Counted from the first letter of the stretch, positions 11,545-21,894 are shown. The stretch: DNA of 64,000 bases from an uncultured Bacteroidaceae bacterium (GCA_964637515.1 CAZWUI010000002.1:16665-80664), one strand, 5' to 3'. Notes: generated by a model not told the origin, from the letters alone. Numbers and translations: made by a program.

Positions 11545-13674
11545 ATGGATCTTTTGTTGAAACTTCGTAAAGCATATCCCGAACAGTACGCCCAGATCAA
11601 AAAGGCGTACGAATTTGCGTACGAAGCTCACAAGGGACAAAAACGCAGTTCGGGGGAAGATTATTTCATCCATCCTTGCGCAGTTGCGGAAATTCTTTGC
11701 GATTACGGTTTCGACGCGTCGTCAGTCATTGCGGCGTTTTTGCACGATGTACTCGAAGATACCGCCGTCACCGCAGAGCAGTTGTCTGCGGAATTTGGCG
11801 GTGAAATCCTCGAACTCGTCGAAGGCGTGACCAAACTCGACAAGCTCCAATTCAACAACAAGGAAGAGGCGCAGGCGGAAAACTTCCGCAAACTCTTTAT
11901 GGCACTTGCAAAAGACCTGAGAGTTATCATCATCAAACTTGCGGACAGACTGCACAATATGCGCTCTCTCGAATTTGTTCCCCCCGAAAAGCAGAAATAT
12001 AAGTCCAAAGAAACTCTCGACATATATGCACCACTTGCGGGAAGACTGGGTATTTCCTTCTTCAAGTGCGAGCTCGAAGATATAGCGATGAAGTATCTCT
12101 ATCCCGAAGAGTATGCGTATATCGACTCAAAAATCACCGCAAACCGTGCCGAAAGGCAGGGCTTTCTCGATAGTATTTGTGCCGAAATCAGAGTGAAAAT
12201 GGACGAGCTCGGCATAAAAGGGGAGATTAACGGCAGACCGAAACACTATTACTCGATCTACAAAAAGATGAAATATAACGGCATCGATATAGACCAAGTC
12301 TACGACTTGCTTGCCGTCAGAATAATAGTGGACGACATAAAAGATTGCTACACCATGCTCGGCGAAGTGCATACGCTCTGGAAACCTATGCCGGGAAGAT
12401 TCAAGGATTATATCGCAATGCCCAAGGCAAACAACTATCAATCCTTGCATACCACCGTGGTTACGCAATTCAATCAGACCTTTGAAATCCAAATCCGCAC
12501 CGTTGAAATGCATAAAATCGCAGAATACGGCGTGGCGGCGCACTGGCAGTATAAAGAGGGCAGGACGACTTCAAGCACCGACCTTGACGACAAAGTCAGG
12601 TGGTTGCGCGAAGTTATGGACGCAGAAAAGGACATAAACGGCGCAAGAGAGTTTATGGACGCGATAAAAATCAACGTTTTCGATGACGAAGTTTTCGTTT
12701 TCACGCCGAAAGGGGACGTCTATGACTTGCCCGTCAACTCAACTCCCGTTGACCTTGCGTACAAAATCCACTCCGAAGTGGGCAATCACTGCGTGGGCGC
12801 GAAGGTAAATAAAAAGATGGTTACGCTGTCCACCAAACTCAAAACGGGGGACATTGTCGAACTTTTGACTCAATCCAACGGAAAACCCAACCTCGATTGG
12901 CTAAAATTCGTTCGTACTGCGGGCGCGCGTTCGCGTATACGTGCGTTCCTAAAGAAAGAACAAAAGGACGAAAACGTGCGTAGGGGTAAGGATATGCTCG
13001 AAAAAGAGGCGAGAAGAAAGGGTTACACGCTTTCGGAATTGCTCTCTGTTGACGCATTCGAGTCGATTTTGCAACGTTTGTCCTTGAACGGTGAAGAAGA
13101 TATGTATGCAAACGTCGGTTTTGGCGGACTAGGCACTGCTCAAGTGCTTTCAAAGCTCATCGAAGCGTTCAGAAAAGAGCACCCGATTTCTCTCATCGAA
13201 GTCCCCGTTTCCCCCGAAAAGAAGTCAAACGTCCACTCGAAGAGCGGCGTTCTCGTTGACGGCGACGCAAACTTCCAAGTGCATATGGCGCATTGTTGCT
13301 CACCCGTCCCCGGTGATGATATAGTCGGATATATTTCAAGGGGCAGGGGTGTATCTATCCACCGCAAAGACTGTCCTAACGTGGCAAATCTCGGGTCCGA
13401 AAGACTGATTGCCGCAAACTGGGACACCAACGGAGCGGAAGAATATTCCGCAACATTCAGAATAATTTCCGAAGATATACCGGGACTTCTCGCACAAATG
13501 ACAGCGTTTATCGCAAGTGCGAAGATGACTATCACCGGCGCAAATATTAAGACGGATAACACCCGCGGTACCGCAGAAACCGTTATGTCCGTCCTCATCA
13601 AAAAGGCGGAAGACCTTGACGACGTCATCAAGAAAATTTCGTCACTCAAAGGGGTTATCGAGGTGCGCAGATGA
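11545..13674 (+). CDS. relA: Bifunctional (p)ppGpp synthetase/hydrolase RelA/SpoT family
   Basis: HD hydrolase motif HDVLEDT, synthetase region DYIAMPKANNYQSLHTTV, and TGS and ACT-like C-terminal regions. Confidence 0.95.
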   Translation: MDLLLKLRKAYPEQYAQIKKAYEFAYEAHKGQKRSSGEDYFIHPCAVAEILCDYGFDASSVIAAFLHDVLEDTAVTAEQLSAEFGGEILELVEGVTKLDKLQFNNKEEAQAENFRKLFMALAKDLRVIIIKLADRLHNMRSLEFVPPEKQKYKSKETLDIYAPLAGRLGISFFKCELEDIAMKYLYPEEYAYIDSKITANRAERQGFLDSICAEIRVKMDELGIKGEINGRPKHYYSIYKKMKYNGIDIDQVYDLLAVRIIVDDIKDCYTMLGEVHTLWKPMPGRFKDYIAMPKANNYQSLHTTVVTQFNQTFEIQIRTVEMHKIAEYGVAAHWQYKEGRTTSSTDLDDKVRWLREVMDAEKDINGAREFMDAIKINVFDDEVFVFTPKGDVYDLPVNSTPVDLAYKIHSEVGNHCVGAKVNKKMVTLSTKLKTGDIVELLTQSNGKPNLDWLKFVRTAGARSRIRAFLKKEQKDENVRRGKDMLEKEARRKGYTLSELLSVDAFESILQRLSLNGEEDMYANVGFGGLGTAQVLSKLIEAFRKEHPISLIEVPVSPEKKSNVHSKSGVLVDGDANFQVHMAHCCSPVPGDDIVGYISRGRGVSIHRKDCPNVANLGSERLIAANWDTNGAEEYSATFRIISEDIPGLLAQMTAFIASAKMTITGANIKTDNTRGTAETVMSVLIKKAEDLDDVIKKISSLKGVIEVRR

Positions 13675-14282
13675 AAGTCGAAACAATCGTCGTAGGTCCC
13701 CTTGACACCAACTGTTATCTCATCTCGGAAAACGGAAACGGAATCCTTATTGATCCGGGGTTTGACACGGATAGAATACTTGAAACCGCCACGAATAGCG
13801 GTTTGAAAATCACGTCGATTTTGCTCACTCACGGACACTACGACCACGTGGGCGGAGTGGCGGAAATTGTCAGAAAAACAGGAGCGAAAGTCTATATCGG
13901 CGAAAAGGATTTCGATCTTGCAAATTCCTACAAAAACTTGGGATTTTCCTTCGGTTGCACCACCGAAAAATTCGATGCGGACGTTCTTCTTGCGGAGGGT
14001 GAATATCTCATCGACGGGCTGTGCGTCAAGGTCATAGAAACCCCCGGACATACCGTAGGGGGAGTGTGCTACCAGATTGAAAATGCACTGTTTTCTGGTG
14101 ATACGTTGTTTTGTTGCTCATACGGCAGGACGGATTTCCCGACAGGCGACTATTCCGCACTCAAAAAATCAATCACCGAAAAACTTTTCACTATCGACCG
14201 CGATTTGACCGTATACACGGGACACGGCAATTCAACCGAACTTTTCAAAGAAAAGAGAACAAACCCGATAAACTTCGACTGA
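13671..14282 (+). CDS. MBL-fold metallo-hydrolase (glyoxalase II-like)
   Basis: HxHxDH motif THGHYDHVGG, later TPGHT and GD..F. The start overlaps the relA stop (ATGA). Confidence 0.88.
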   Translation: MKVETIVVGPLDTNCYLISENGNGILIDPGFDTDRILETATNSGLKITSILLTHGHYDHVGGVAEIVRKTGAKVYIGEKDFDLANSYKNLGFSFGCTTEKFDADVLLAEGEYLIDGLCVKVIETPGHTVGGVCYQIENALFSGDTLFCCSYGRTDFPTGDYSALKKSITEKLFTIDRDLTVYTGHGNSTELFKEKRTNPINFD

Positions 14283-14284
14283 CT

Positions 14285-15682
14285 ATGATAAAATTCTCTT
14301 GCCCCAACGAAAACTACTTCAACGACCTTATGGAACTCATCCGCGCATTCGAGCAACGCACGGAGGAAAGTTTTTCAATTGACGTGGACTATCAAAACGA
14401 CGGTGAAGAACTTGTCGTAAAGGTGCGTACGGACAAATTTCCGAACTTTGAAAAGACTTTCCGCTATCCGTTTTCGGCAAAAGACGAAATGGAGAAAAAA
14501 CGCCTTGAAAAGCGGTATCTAAAGGAGTCGATTTACGGAACGGTCGTTTTTTTGACGGGGATAAATTTGCCTTACGGATGCTTGACCGGTATACGTCCAA
14601 CAAAACTTTTTGTGGAACTTGGCGACAAGGCGGACGAAACGTTTAGAAAAGAGTTTTCCGTTTCACCCAAAAAGGCGGATTTGATTGAGAAAATCGTGGA
14701 CGTGCAACGTCCGATTCGCAATCACGACGAAAATTCTTGCGACGTTTTCGTGTTCATTCCGTTTTGCCCGACGAGATGTGCGTATTGCTCGTTCGTGTCT
14801 GTTCCCATAGACAAGCAAAAGAAACTCATCGAACCTTACGTCGAGTGCCTTCTCAAAGAAATCGAATTTGCAAAAGAAGTTGTTAGAACACGGAATATCA
14901 AGGTCAGAACCGTCTATATCGGCGGTGGCACTCCGACTTCGATACCTGTCGAACTTCTCGACAAAATCCTGACTTCGTTGGACGACTTCGACGTGGACGA
15001 ATTTACCGTTGAAGCAGGTCGTCCCGACACGATGACCGCAAACGTGATACGCACCTTGAAAGCGCACAAAGTCACCAGAATTTCAGTGAATCCGCAGACT
15101 TTCAACGATAAAACACTTGAACTCATCGGCAGAAAACACACTTCCGCCGACGTCGAAAAGACTTTCAAGCACGTCAAAAATCTCTTTGACGTCAATATGG
15201 ATTTGATTGCAATGCTCCCCGGCGAGAGTGCGGACGACTTCCGCCGCTCCGTGGATAAAGCGGTCGAATTGTCCCCCGAAAACGTGACCGTACATACGCT
15301 ATATCTCAAAAAAGGCTCCAATCTCAAGGTGGACGGCTATCGCTCGACTGATAACGCTACCGCAGAAGAAATGGTGGATTACGCCTATCGAAAACTCACC
15401 GAAAACGGTTACGAGCCGTATTATATGTACCGCCAAAAATACACGAGCGGTAACCTTGAAAACGTGGGGTATGCAAAGCCGAATAAGGTTTGCGTGTATA
15501 ACGTGGACATAATGGAAGAGGACACGTCAATTATTGCGGTCGGAGCAAACGCAATCTCAAAAAAATGGACGAAATCAATCAATCTAATCGAAAGAAACGC
15601 GAATTATAAAGAACCGCTCGAATACGTCAAAAACTTCGATACCGTCATGCAAAAACAGCGCGCGTTTTGGCTCGAAAAATAA
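14285..15682 (+). CDS. Radical SAM protein, HemN/HemZ-family coproporphyrinogen-III-oxidase-like
   Basis: CxxxCxxC cluster CPTRCAYCSF, GGGTPT, and a ~160-aa N-terminal extension as in HemZ-type proteins. ATG 14285 was chosen because the ORF-track start 14111 overlaps the MBL gene. Confidence 0.85.
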   Translation: MIKFSCPNENYFNDLMELIRAFEQRTEESFSIDVDYQNDGEELVVKVRTDKFPNFEKTFRYPFSAKDEMEKKRLEKRYLKESIYGTVVFLTGINLPYGCLTGIRPTKLFVELGDKADETFRKEFSVSPKKADLIEKIVDVQRPIRNHDENSCDVFVFIPFCPTRCAYCSFVSVPIDKQKKLIEPYVECLLKEIEFAKEVVRTRNIKVRTVYIGGGTPTSIPVELLDKILTSLDDFDVDEFTVEAGRPDTMTANVIRTLKAHKVTRISVNPQTFNDKTLELIGRKHTSADVEKTFKHVKNLFDVNMDLIAMLPGESADDFRRSVDKAVELSPENVTVHTLYLKKGSNLKVDGYRSTDNATAEEMVDYAYRKLTENGYEPYYMYRQKYTSGNLENVGYAKPNKVCVYNVDIMEEDTSIIAVGANAISKKWTKSINLIERNANYKEPLEYVKNFDTVMQKQRAFWLEK

Positions 15683-15833
15683 ATTTTGAAAATTGTTCAA
15701 AAGTGGGCGATTTCGTTTTACAAAAAAAATTTAATGTGTTAATATACATACGTACTTTGTACTAGGTTCGGATAATCTCCAAATCCCTACTTTGTTCAAA
15801 GCGAATCACTTATCCAACGAAGGAGGCTAAACA

Positions 15834-16097
15834 ATGGATAAAGCAACGAAACAAGCAATCATAGCAAAATACGGCCGCAGCGAAGGCGACACCGGTTCCC
15901 CCGAAGTGCAAATCGCACTCCTTACCGCACGTATCAACGAACTCACCGCACACCTTAAGACTCATGCGAAAGACCATCACTCTCGTCGCGGTTTGCTCCA
16001 ACTCGTCGGTCAAAGAAAGAATATGCTCAACTATCTCAAGGAAACCGACATCGAACGTTACCGTGCAATCATCGCGGCACTCGAACTTCGTAAGTAA
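15834..16097 (+). CDS. rpsO: 30S ribosomal protein S15
   Basis: 87 aa with [14 protein letters not shown]..., [21 protein letters not shown], and RBS GAAGGAGG upstream. Confidence 0.98.
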   Translation: MDKATKQAIIAKYGRSEGDTGSPEVQIALLTARINELTAHLKTHAKDHHSRRGLLQLVGQRKNMLNYLKETDIERYRAIIAALELRK

Positions 16098-16104
16098 TAA
16101 TATC

Positions 16105-16132
16105 GGGCGTTGTTTTGACGCCCTTTATTTTT
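16105..16132 (+). terminator. rho-independent terminator/attenuator after rpsO
   Basis: Stem gggcgt/acgccc with a 7-nt loop, followed by TTTATTTTT. Confidence 0.8.
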
Positions 16133-16198
16133 GTCGACTTCGGTCGATTTTGACAGAATATCATTAGGGAATGACGGAATTCCCAGAAGGAGTTATAA

Positions 16199-18313
16199 AT
16201 GGAAAGAAAAACTTTCAAAACAACAATCGGCGGCAGAGAAGTCATCGTTGAAACCGGTGCTTACTGCGGTCAATCTAACGGTAGTTGTATCGTTCGTTGC
16301 GGCGACACCGTCGTGATGGTCAACGCTACCATGGCAAAAGCACCTCGCGAAGGAATGGATTATTTCCCTCTCGGAGTCGACTTTGAAGAAAAAATGTACG
16401 CCGTTGGCAAAATCCCCGGCGGTTTCAAGAAGAGAGAGGGTAGAGCTTCCGACAAAGCAATCCTTACTTCTCGTCTTATCGACAGACCTATTCGTCCTTT
16501 GTTCCCCAAGGGACTCTACAACGACGTTACGGTTATCGCAACCGTGCTCTCCGTTGACACCAATATCCCTCCCGAAGTGTTCGGCATGATCGGTTCATCC
16601 GTTGCGTTGTCCATTTCTGACATTCCTTTTGCAGGTCCCACCGGATCCGTCGTGGTCGGCTATGTGGACGGCAAGTACGTCATCAACCCCGACAGCGAAC
16701 AACGCGCAAAATCCAGACTCCATTTGAGCCTTAGCGGTACGAAAGACGCAATCATGATGGTCGAAGCGGGCGCAAGCATCATCACCGAAAAAGAAATGCT
16801 CGACGCAATCCTCTTCGGTCACGAAGAAATCAAGAAAATCGTCGCATTCATCGAAGAAATCCAAAAAGAAGTCGGCAAACCCAAACTCGACGTCGAACTC
16901 GAACATATCCCCGAAGATATCGACGCGGCAGTCCGTGCGTATGCAGACGACAAAATGGACGCAGTCCTCACCAACTTCGACCGCACTCTCAGAGAACAAG
17001 CCGAAGACGCACTCGATGAAGACGTGCTTGCACACTTCGCAGACGACTTCAACGACGTCGCGAAAAAGACCAAATTCATCCTTGACAGCCTTTACTATCT
17101 CAAGAAAGAAAAGGTCCGCGCGAAGATTCTCAACGACGGCGTTCGTCCCGACGGCAGAAGCCTCACCGAAATTCGTCCTATTTGGTGCGAAGTAGGTATG
17201 CTCCCCAGAGTCCACGGATCCGCAGTGTTCACCAGAGGTCAAACGCAGGCAATGACCACTTGTACTCTCGGCACGATTTCCGAAGTCCAAAAACTCGAAG
17301 GTCTTGACGAAGATTACTACAAGAGATATATGCATCAATACAATATGCCCGGCTACTCCACCGGCGAAGCAAAACCCCTCAAGAGCCCCGGTAGACGTGA
17401 AATCGGCCACGGCGCACTTGCGGAACGTTCCCTTGAACCCGTGCTTCCCAGTGAAGAAGAATTCCCGTATGCAATCCGTACGGTCAGCGAAATCTTGAGC
17501 TCCAACGGTTCCACTTCTCAAGCATCCGTCTGCGGCAGCACTCTCGCACTTATGGACGCAGGCGTCCCCATCAAAGCACCCGTAGCAGGCGTTGCAATGG
17601 GACTCATCAAAGATACCGAAAGCCACAGAGTCGCAGTCCTCACCGACATTCAAGGTCTCGAAGACTTCCTTGGCGATATGGACTTCAAGGTCGCAGGCAC
17701 CACCGAAGGTATCACCGCTATCCAAATGGATATCAAGATCAAGGGTATCGACGAAGAAATTCTCACCAAGGCTCTTGAACAAGCAAGACAAGGCAGACTC
17801 TTCATCCTTAACAAGATGCTCGAAGTCCTTCCCGAACCGAGAAAAGAACTCTCCAAGTGGGCACCCAAGATCGTCACTTTCTCGATTGATCCCGACAAAC
17901 TCGGCGACGTCATCGGCAAGGGCGGCAAGACCATCAACAAGATCATCGAAGACACCGGCGTGAAAATCGACATCAACGACGACGGTCAAATCTTCGTTGC
18001 ATCCAACGACGATGCGGCAATCAAAAAGGCGCGCGCAATCATCGAAACCATCGTCCGCGACGTTGAAATCGGCGACGTGTACGAAGGCGTTGTGACCAAA
18101 ATCATGGAAAACGATAAAGGCCAATTCGGTGCAAGCGTCAACTTCGCACCCGGCAAAGACGGCATGATTCACATCTCCAAGCTTTCCACTGAAAGAGTAG
18201 AGAAAGTGACCGACGTCGTCAACGTTGGCGACATCGTTCTCGTCAAAGTCATCAAGATCGACGAGAAACACAGAGTTGATCTTCGTCTTAAAGAAGTCAT
18301 CCGCAAAGCATAA
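16199..18313 (+). CDS. pnp: Polyribonucleotide nucleotidyltransferase (PNPase)
   Basis: Two RNase-PH-like halves, KH motif GKGGKTINKI, S1 motif GDVYEGVVTKI, and the classic rpsO-pnp pairing. Confidence 0.98.
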   Translation: MERKTFKTTIGGREVIVETGAYCGQSNGSCIVRCGDTVVMVNATMAKAPREGMDYFPLGVDFEEKMYAVGKIPGGFKKREGRASDKAILTSRLIDRPIRPLFPKGLYNDVTVIATVLSVDTNIPPEVFGMIGSSVALSISDIPFAGPTGSVVVGYVDGKYVINPDSEQRAKSRLHLSLSGTKDAIMMVEAGASIITEKEMLDAILFGHEEIKKIVAFIEEIQKEVGKPKLDVELEHIPEDIDAAVRAYADDKMDAVLTNFDRTLREQAEDALDEDVLAHFADDFNDVAKKTKFILDSLYYLKKEKVRAKILNDGVRPDGRSLTEIRPIWCEVGMLPRVHGSAVFTRGQTQAMTTCTLGTISEVQKLEGLDEDYYKRYMHQYNMPGYSTGEAKPLKSPGRREIGHGALAERSLEPVLPSEEEFPYAIRTVSEILSSNGSTSQASVCGSTLALMDAGVPIKAPVAGVAMGLIKDTESHRVAVLTDIQGLEDFLGDMDFKVAGTTEGITAIQMDIKIKGIDEEILTKALEQARQGRLFILNKMLEVLPEPRKELSKWAPKIVTFSIDPDKLGDVIGKGGKTINKIIEDTGVKIDINDDGQIFVASNDDAAIKKARAIIETIVRDVEIGDVYEGVVTKIMENDKGQFGASVNFAPGKDGMIHISKLSTERVEKVTDVVNVGDIVLVKVIKIDEKHRVDLRLKEVIRKA

Positions 18314-18340
18314 AACCGCGCTAAATCGCGAATAATTGCA

Positions 18341-18372
18341 AAAAAGCACTCCAACAAGCGGGGTGCTTTTTT
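18341..18372 (+). terminator. rho-independent terminator after pnp
   Basis: Stem gcactcc/ggggtgc with a 7-nt loop, followed by TTTTTT. Confidence 0.85.
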
Positions 18373-18509
18373 AATGATAAACGCGTTGCGTGGAAATTTC
18401 CGGGGGACGGTAACCATATTTTACAAACAAGAGAACGCGTAAAAAATTAGCATTGACAATGGGGCATGAAAGGTGATAAAATAAATTAACAACTTTTGGA
18501 GGAACTAAG

Positions 18510-19655
18510 ATGAAAAAAAGTGGTGTTTTGCTTGTGTTATCAATAATGCTTGTGCTTATTCTTGCGCTCACTTTCGGTGCTTGTAACAATGAAAATAGCG
18601 GTGATGACCTTCCTGGAATTACTCTCACCGACGGTATGTCCCTTGATGAAATTAAAGCCGCTTTGTCCGACGTGAAGAATTACAGTTTTATATACAACAC
18701 TAAAGATAAAGTGCGTGGTGGGACTTATTACGTGGCCGAAAACGGATATGTGATTGATTATTTTGATAATGGAGAAGTTTATTATATTGCTAATTTTATT
18801 GCCGATAGCACAACTGCATACTATTTGGTAAGAGAGTTTAGCGGAGCCGAAGAAATAAACAAAAATTATGAACGTTACAGTGAAGTATATGAAAACTTTG
18901 AAGAATCCATAGAATCAATCAGATCGTTTTTAAAAGAGCATTTAAATGATAGCTTTAATGACGTTGAAGTGGGTGATGCAACGATGACCGTAAAGGACGG
19001 CAAACTTGTTTTTGACGGCGAAGATTTTACGAATACTTTTTTTGATTTCAATAAAACAAAACTTCCGATTGACGAGTTTTTCCCCGGCTATAAAGATACG
19101 GCGGATGAATACGTAGAAGAAGACGTGAGTGTTTTGTTTGAAGACGGAATGACAGTCAGTGAAGTTAGACAGGTTTTAGCTGTTGCAGATGCGTATATGT
19201 GGGCGGAAGTCGAAAGCAATAAAACTGTTGCTTGCTTTTTCGATGAGAACTTTTGTCTGTACATAGATGAATCAGAAGAATCCGTAGAATATTTAGCAAA
19301 CTTCTTAGAAGACGGCAAATGGTATTCTCTTTATTATGGAATTGGAGTTTCCGACAGTGAGCTAATGACTCGCAGATATACTTGGAGCGCGACGGATGAC
19401 GAATACCAAGACTTTCTGCAATCGGACAGAGCAAATATGGCTGATACTCTATTGGGCTTCGTCGAGGCAGGGGATGCAACGTTGAACATTAATAACGGTA
19501 GCGCTCTGATTACCGTTGCTGCGGATTTCGAAAACAAAGAATATGCAGGAAAAATGTATGCGATTTCGAGTTATGACAAGAGCGAAATGCCGTTGGGCGA
19601 AATATTTGCAGGCTATAAAGATAATGCGGTCGAGCGTGTAGAAAGCAAAAACTAA
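18510..19655 (+). CDS. Lipoprotein of unknown function with an internal two-fold domain duplication
   Basis: Signal peptide with lipobox LTFGAC and RBS GGAGG. Two ~165-aa halves share DGM(S/T), Y(I/L)ANF, GDAT(M/L) and F(P/A)GYKD(T/N)A(D/V)E(Y/R)V. The gene looks more AT-rich than its neighbours. Confidence 0.8.
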   Translation: MKKSGVLLVLSIMLVLILALTFGACNNENSGDDLPGITLTDGMSLDEIKAALSDVKNYSFIYNTKDKVRGGTYYVAENGYVIDYFDNGEVYYIANFIADSTTAYYLVREFSGAEEINKNYERYSEVYENFEESIESIRSFLKEHLNDSFNDVEVGDATMTVKDGKLVFDGEDFTNTFFDFNKTKLPIDEFFPGYKDTADEYVEEDVSVLFEDGMTVSEVRQVLAVADAYMWAEVESNKTVACFFDENFCLYIDESEESVEYLANFLEDGKWYSLYYGIGVSDSELMTRRYTWSATDDEYQDFLQSDRANMADTLLGFVEAGDATLNINNGSALITVAADFENKEYAGKMYAISSYDKSEMPLGEIFAGYKDNAVERVESKN

Positions 19656-19671
19656 AACGTTTTGAAAAGGA

Positions 19672-19701
19672 TAAAAAGGCAACGGATTCCGTTGCCTTTT
19701 T
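19672..19701. terminator. Bidirectional terminator between the lipoprotein gene and the convergent deacetylase gene
   Basis: Stem ggcaacg/cgttgcc flanked by AAAAA and TTTTTT. Confidence 0.8.
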
Positions 19702-19703
19702 TG

Positions 19704-20411
19704 TTAAATCACGGCACTTACTTTTTTCGCGGATAGGGAGAGCGATTCGAGTGTGTCGAGAATGCGGGGCAGTGCGGATAGGGTTTCGGCGGTGGGGTGC
19801 ATAAGGATTATGTCGCCGCTTTTGGCGTTTTTCACGGCACGCTCGTAGATTAGATTTTCATCGTGGTCTCGCCAGTCGATAGTGTCTCTTGTCCACATGA
19901 CGACTTTGTAGCCGAGAGCGTCCGTCACCTGAAACATGTTTTTTCCCATACTGCCCGACGGGGGAGCAAACAAACGACAATTTTCGTAGCCGTCGAAAGA
20001 CGAGAGATAGGAGTCCACGAGTTTTTCGGTGAGCAAAATTTCGTCGCGATTTTGGGAAACGGATAGAGTCGCATGGTCGCGGTGCAGGTAACCGTGATTG
20101 CCGATTTCCATACCTTCGGAATAGAGTTTGACAAGGGCGTCGCCATTGCGTTCAACCCACTTGCCACCCACGAAGAAAGTTGCAGAAAAACCACGTTCAG
20201 CGAGCAAATTTGCGATTTTAAGTGCGTTTTCGGTGTTTTCGTAGACGTTGAAGGTGAGTGCGACCGCACCGCCGTTTTCGATGCCTGCGTAGATTGCGCC
20301 CGTCGGAGTTGCGCTCTCGTCGGTGGATGCGAAGACGGCAATAAATAGGGTTGCGGCAAGCACTGCGATGATTGCTACGTTTGATATTCGGCGCAAGCGT
20401 TTTTCGTTCAT
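19704..20411 (-). CDS. Polysaccharide deacetylase family protein (PdaB-like, sporulation-type)
   Basis: N-terminal TM, ALTFNVYE, FFVGGKW, GNHGYLHRDH, and DTIDWRD. The start is placed at ATG 20411 (MNEKRLRR...) because the ORF-track extension overlaps the divergent M16 gene. Confidence 0.82.
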   Translation of the reverse strand: MNEKRLRRISNVAIIAVLAATLFIAVFASTDESATPTGAIYAGIENGGAVALTFNVYENTENALKIANLLAERGFSATFFVGGKWVERNGDALVKLYSEGMEIGNHGYLHRDHATLSVSQNRDEILLTEKLVDSYLSSFDGYENCRLFAPPSGSMGKNMFQVTDALGYKVVMWTRDTIDWRDHDENLIYERAVKNAKSGDIILMHPTAETLSALPRILDTLESLSLSAKKVSAVI

Positions 20412-20460
20412 ATCAAAAATATATGATTGCGATTTTTGCAATATGTGATACAATATTCTC

Positions 20461-21720
20461 ATGAGTAAATTGATTGAATTTCCTAGTGGACTTAAAGTTG
20501 TATTGGCATCAAACACCGCAGTGCGCTCCCTTGCTATCGGCGTATTCGTCAAGGCGGGGGCGGAGTATGAAAAACCGTCGGAGTCGGGCATATCCCATTT
20601 CATCGAACATATGGTGTTCAAAGGGACGGCAACTCGTTCCGCTTTCGACATTGCAAACGAAACGGACGGTATAGGTGCGAATATCAACGCCTACACCTCG
20701 AAGAGCAATACTTGTTTTTACACGACTTCGCTTGCAGAACACGGCGAAGAGTGTATTGACGTGTTGTCGGATATGTATTTCAATCCGAAATTCGATGCGG
20801 AAGACCTTGAAAACGAGCGTAAAGTCATCTACGAAGAGATAAACGAAGGGGAGGACGATCCCTGCGACGTCTGCTATGAATCCCTTCTTTCGGCGTACTT
20901 CAAGGGACACCCCATAGGGAAACCCATTCTCGGCACGAAAAAATCCCTCGCGAAGATGACTCGCGATAATTTGTTCGACTACATGCACCGCAGATACACT
21001 CCCGAAAATACCGTTGTGTCTATGGCGGGAAATATCACCGAAGAAGAGTGCAGACGACTCATCGAAAAATACTTCGAGAGCAGAATGGAAAAGTCCGCAA
21101 AGAAAAAGGATAAGCACGTTGCGCACGAACTCACATCCTGTTCAGTCACCAAAAAGAAGAAAATCACCCAGTCGCATATCGCTATCGCATTCCCTTGCTA
21201 TGAAATCGGGGACGATAGGGGGTATTATGCGGGACTGTTGTCGTCAATATTCGCATCCGAAATGTCCTCCCGACTCTTCCAAAGCGTGAGAGAAAAACTC
21301 GGACTTTGCTATACGATAAGCGGTTCGGCGGCATCGTACGACAAAAACGGAACCTACGTTATTTACACCGCAACAAGTCCCGAAAACGCAGTGAAAGCAG
21401 TGCTGGCGATAAAGAAAGAAATCGAAATTTTGCTCGCCGACGGAATCACTGACGAAGAGATGAGCAGGGCAAAGGAACAGATGAAAACTTCCCTTGTTCT
21501 CGGACAGGAAAGTACGAGCGCAAATATGCGCGTATACGGCAGAGTGGCGTGCATGCAAAACAAACTCTACGACATCGACTGCGTGTTGAAAATCATAAGC
21601 GGTGCTACGAAAGAAGACTTGCTCGAAACCGCAAAATTCATATTTGATTTCTCGAAAGTCGGAGTATCTCACGTGTCGGGCAACGTTGAGCAAGATTTGT
21701 TGGCGGTTTTGAAAGCGTAA
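20461..21720 (+). CDS. M16-family (pitrilysin-like) zinc peptidase
   Basis: Inverted zinc motif HFIEHMVFKG (HxxEH) with a downstream Glu (NERKVIYEEI). At ~420 aa, the length is typical of this family. Confidence 0.9.
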   Translation: MSKLIEFPSGLKVVLASNTAVRSLAIGVFVKAGAEYEKPSESGISHFIEHMVFKGTATRSAFDIANETDGIGANINAYTSKSNTCFYTTSLAEHGEECIDVLSDMYFNPKFDAEDLENERKVIYEEINEGEDDPCDVCYESLLSAYFKGHPIGKPILGTKKSLAKMTRDNLFDYMHRRYTPENTVVSMAGNITEEECRRLIEKYFESRMEKSAKKKDKHVAHELTSCSVTKKKKITQSHIAIAFPCYEIGDDRGYYAGLLSSIFASEMSSRLFQSVREKLGLCYTISGSAASYDKNGTYVIYTATSPENAVKAVLAIKKEIEILLADGITDEEMSRAKEQMKTSLVLGQESTSANMRVYGRVACMQNKLYDIDCVLKIISGATKEDLLETAKFIFDFSKVGVSHVSGNVEQDLLAVLKA

Positions 21721-21776
21721 TTCTAACCGCACCGATTTTCAAAATCAATATTCTAACCACACTTTTTGAGCAAGAG

Positions 21777-21804
21777 CAGATGAAATATATTTCATCTGTT
21801 TTTT
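21777..21804 (+). terminator. rho-independent terminator after the M16 peptidase gene
   Basis: 10-bp stem cagatgaaat/atttcatctg followed by TTTTTTG. Confidence 0.8.
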
Positions 21805-21894
21805 GTTTTCCTTATTTTAGTGCTTGAAATTCCTTATTGCGTATGCTATAATTGTCAATAATAATATATTATATAGGGAAATTGGCTTAAATAA

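Noticed and set aside
16595-18349. Very long antisense ORFs in the track. Examples: 584 aa opposite pnp, 414 aa opposite secD (6689-7933), 374 aa opposite hslV/hslU (59592-60716), 306 aa opposite queA, 303 aa opposite relA, 290 aa opposite ftsK, and 282 aa opposite comM.
   Set aside because: Each lies fully opposite a strongly recognisable conserved gene. Each has Cys/His/Phe/Arg-rich shadow-ORF composition, lacks an RBS and lacks any recognisable motif. These are a typical consequence of stop-poor antisense frames.
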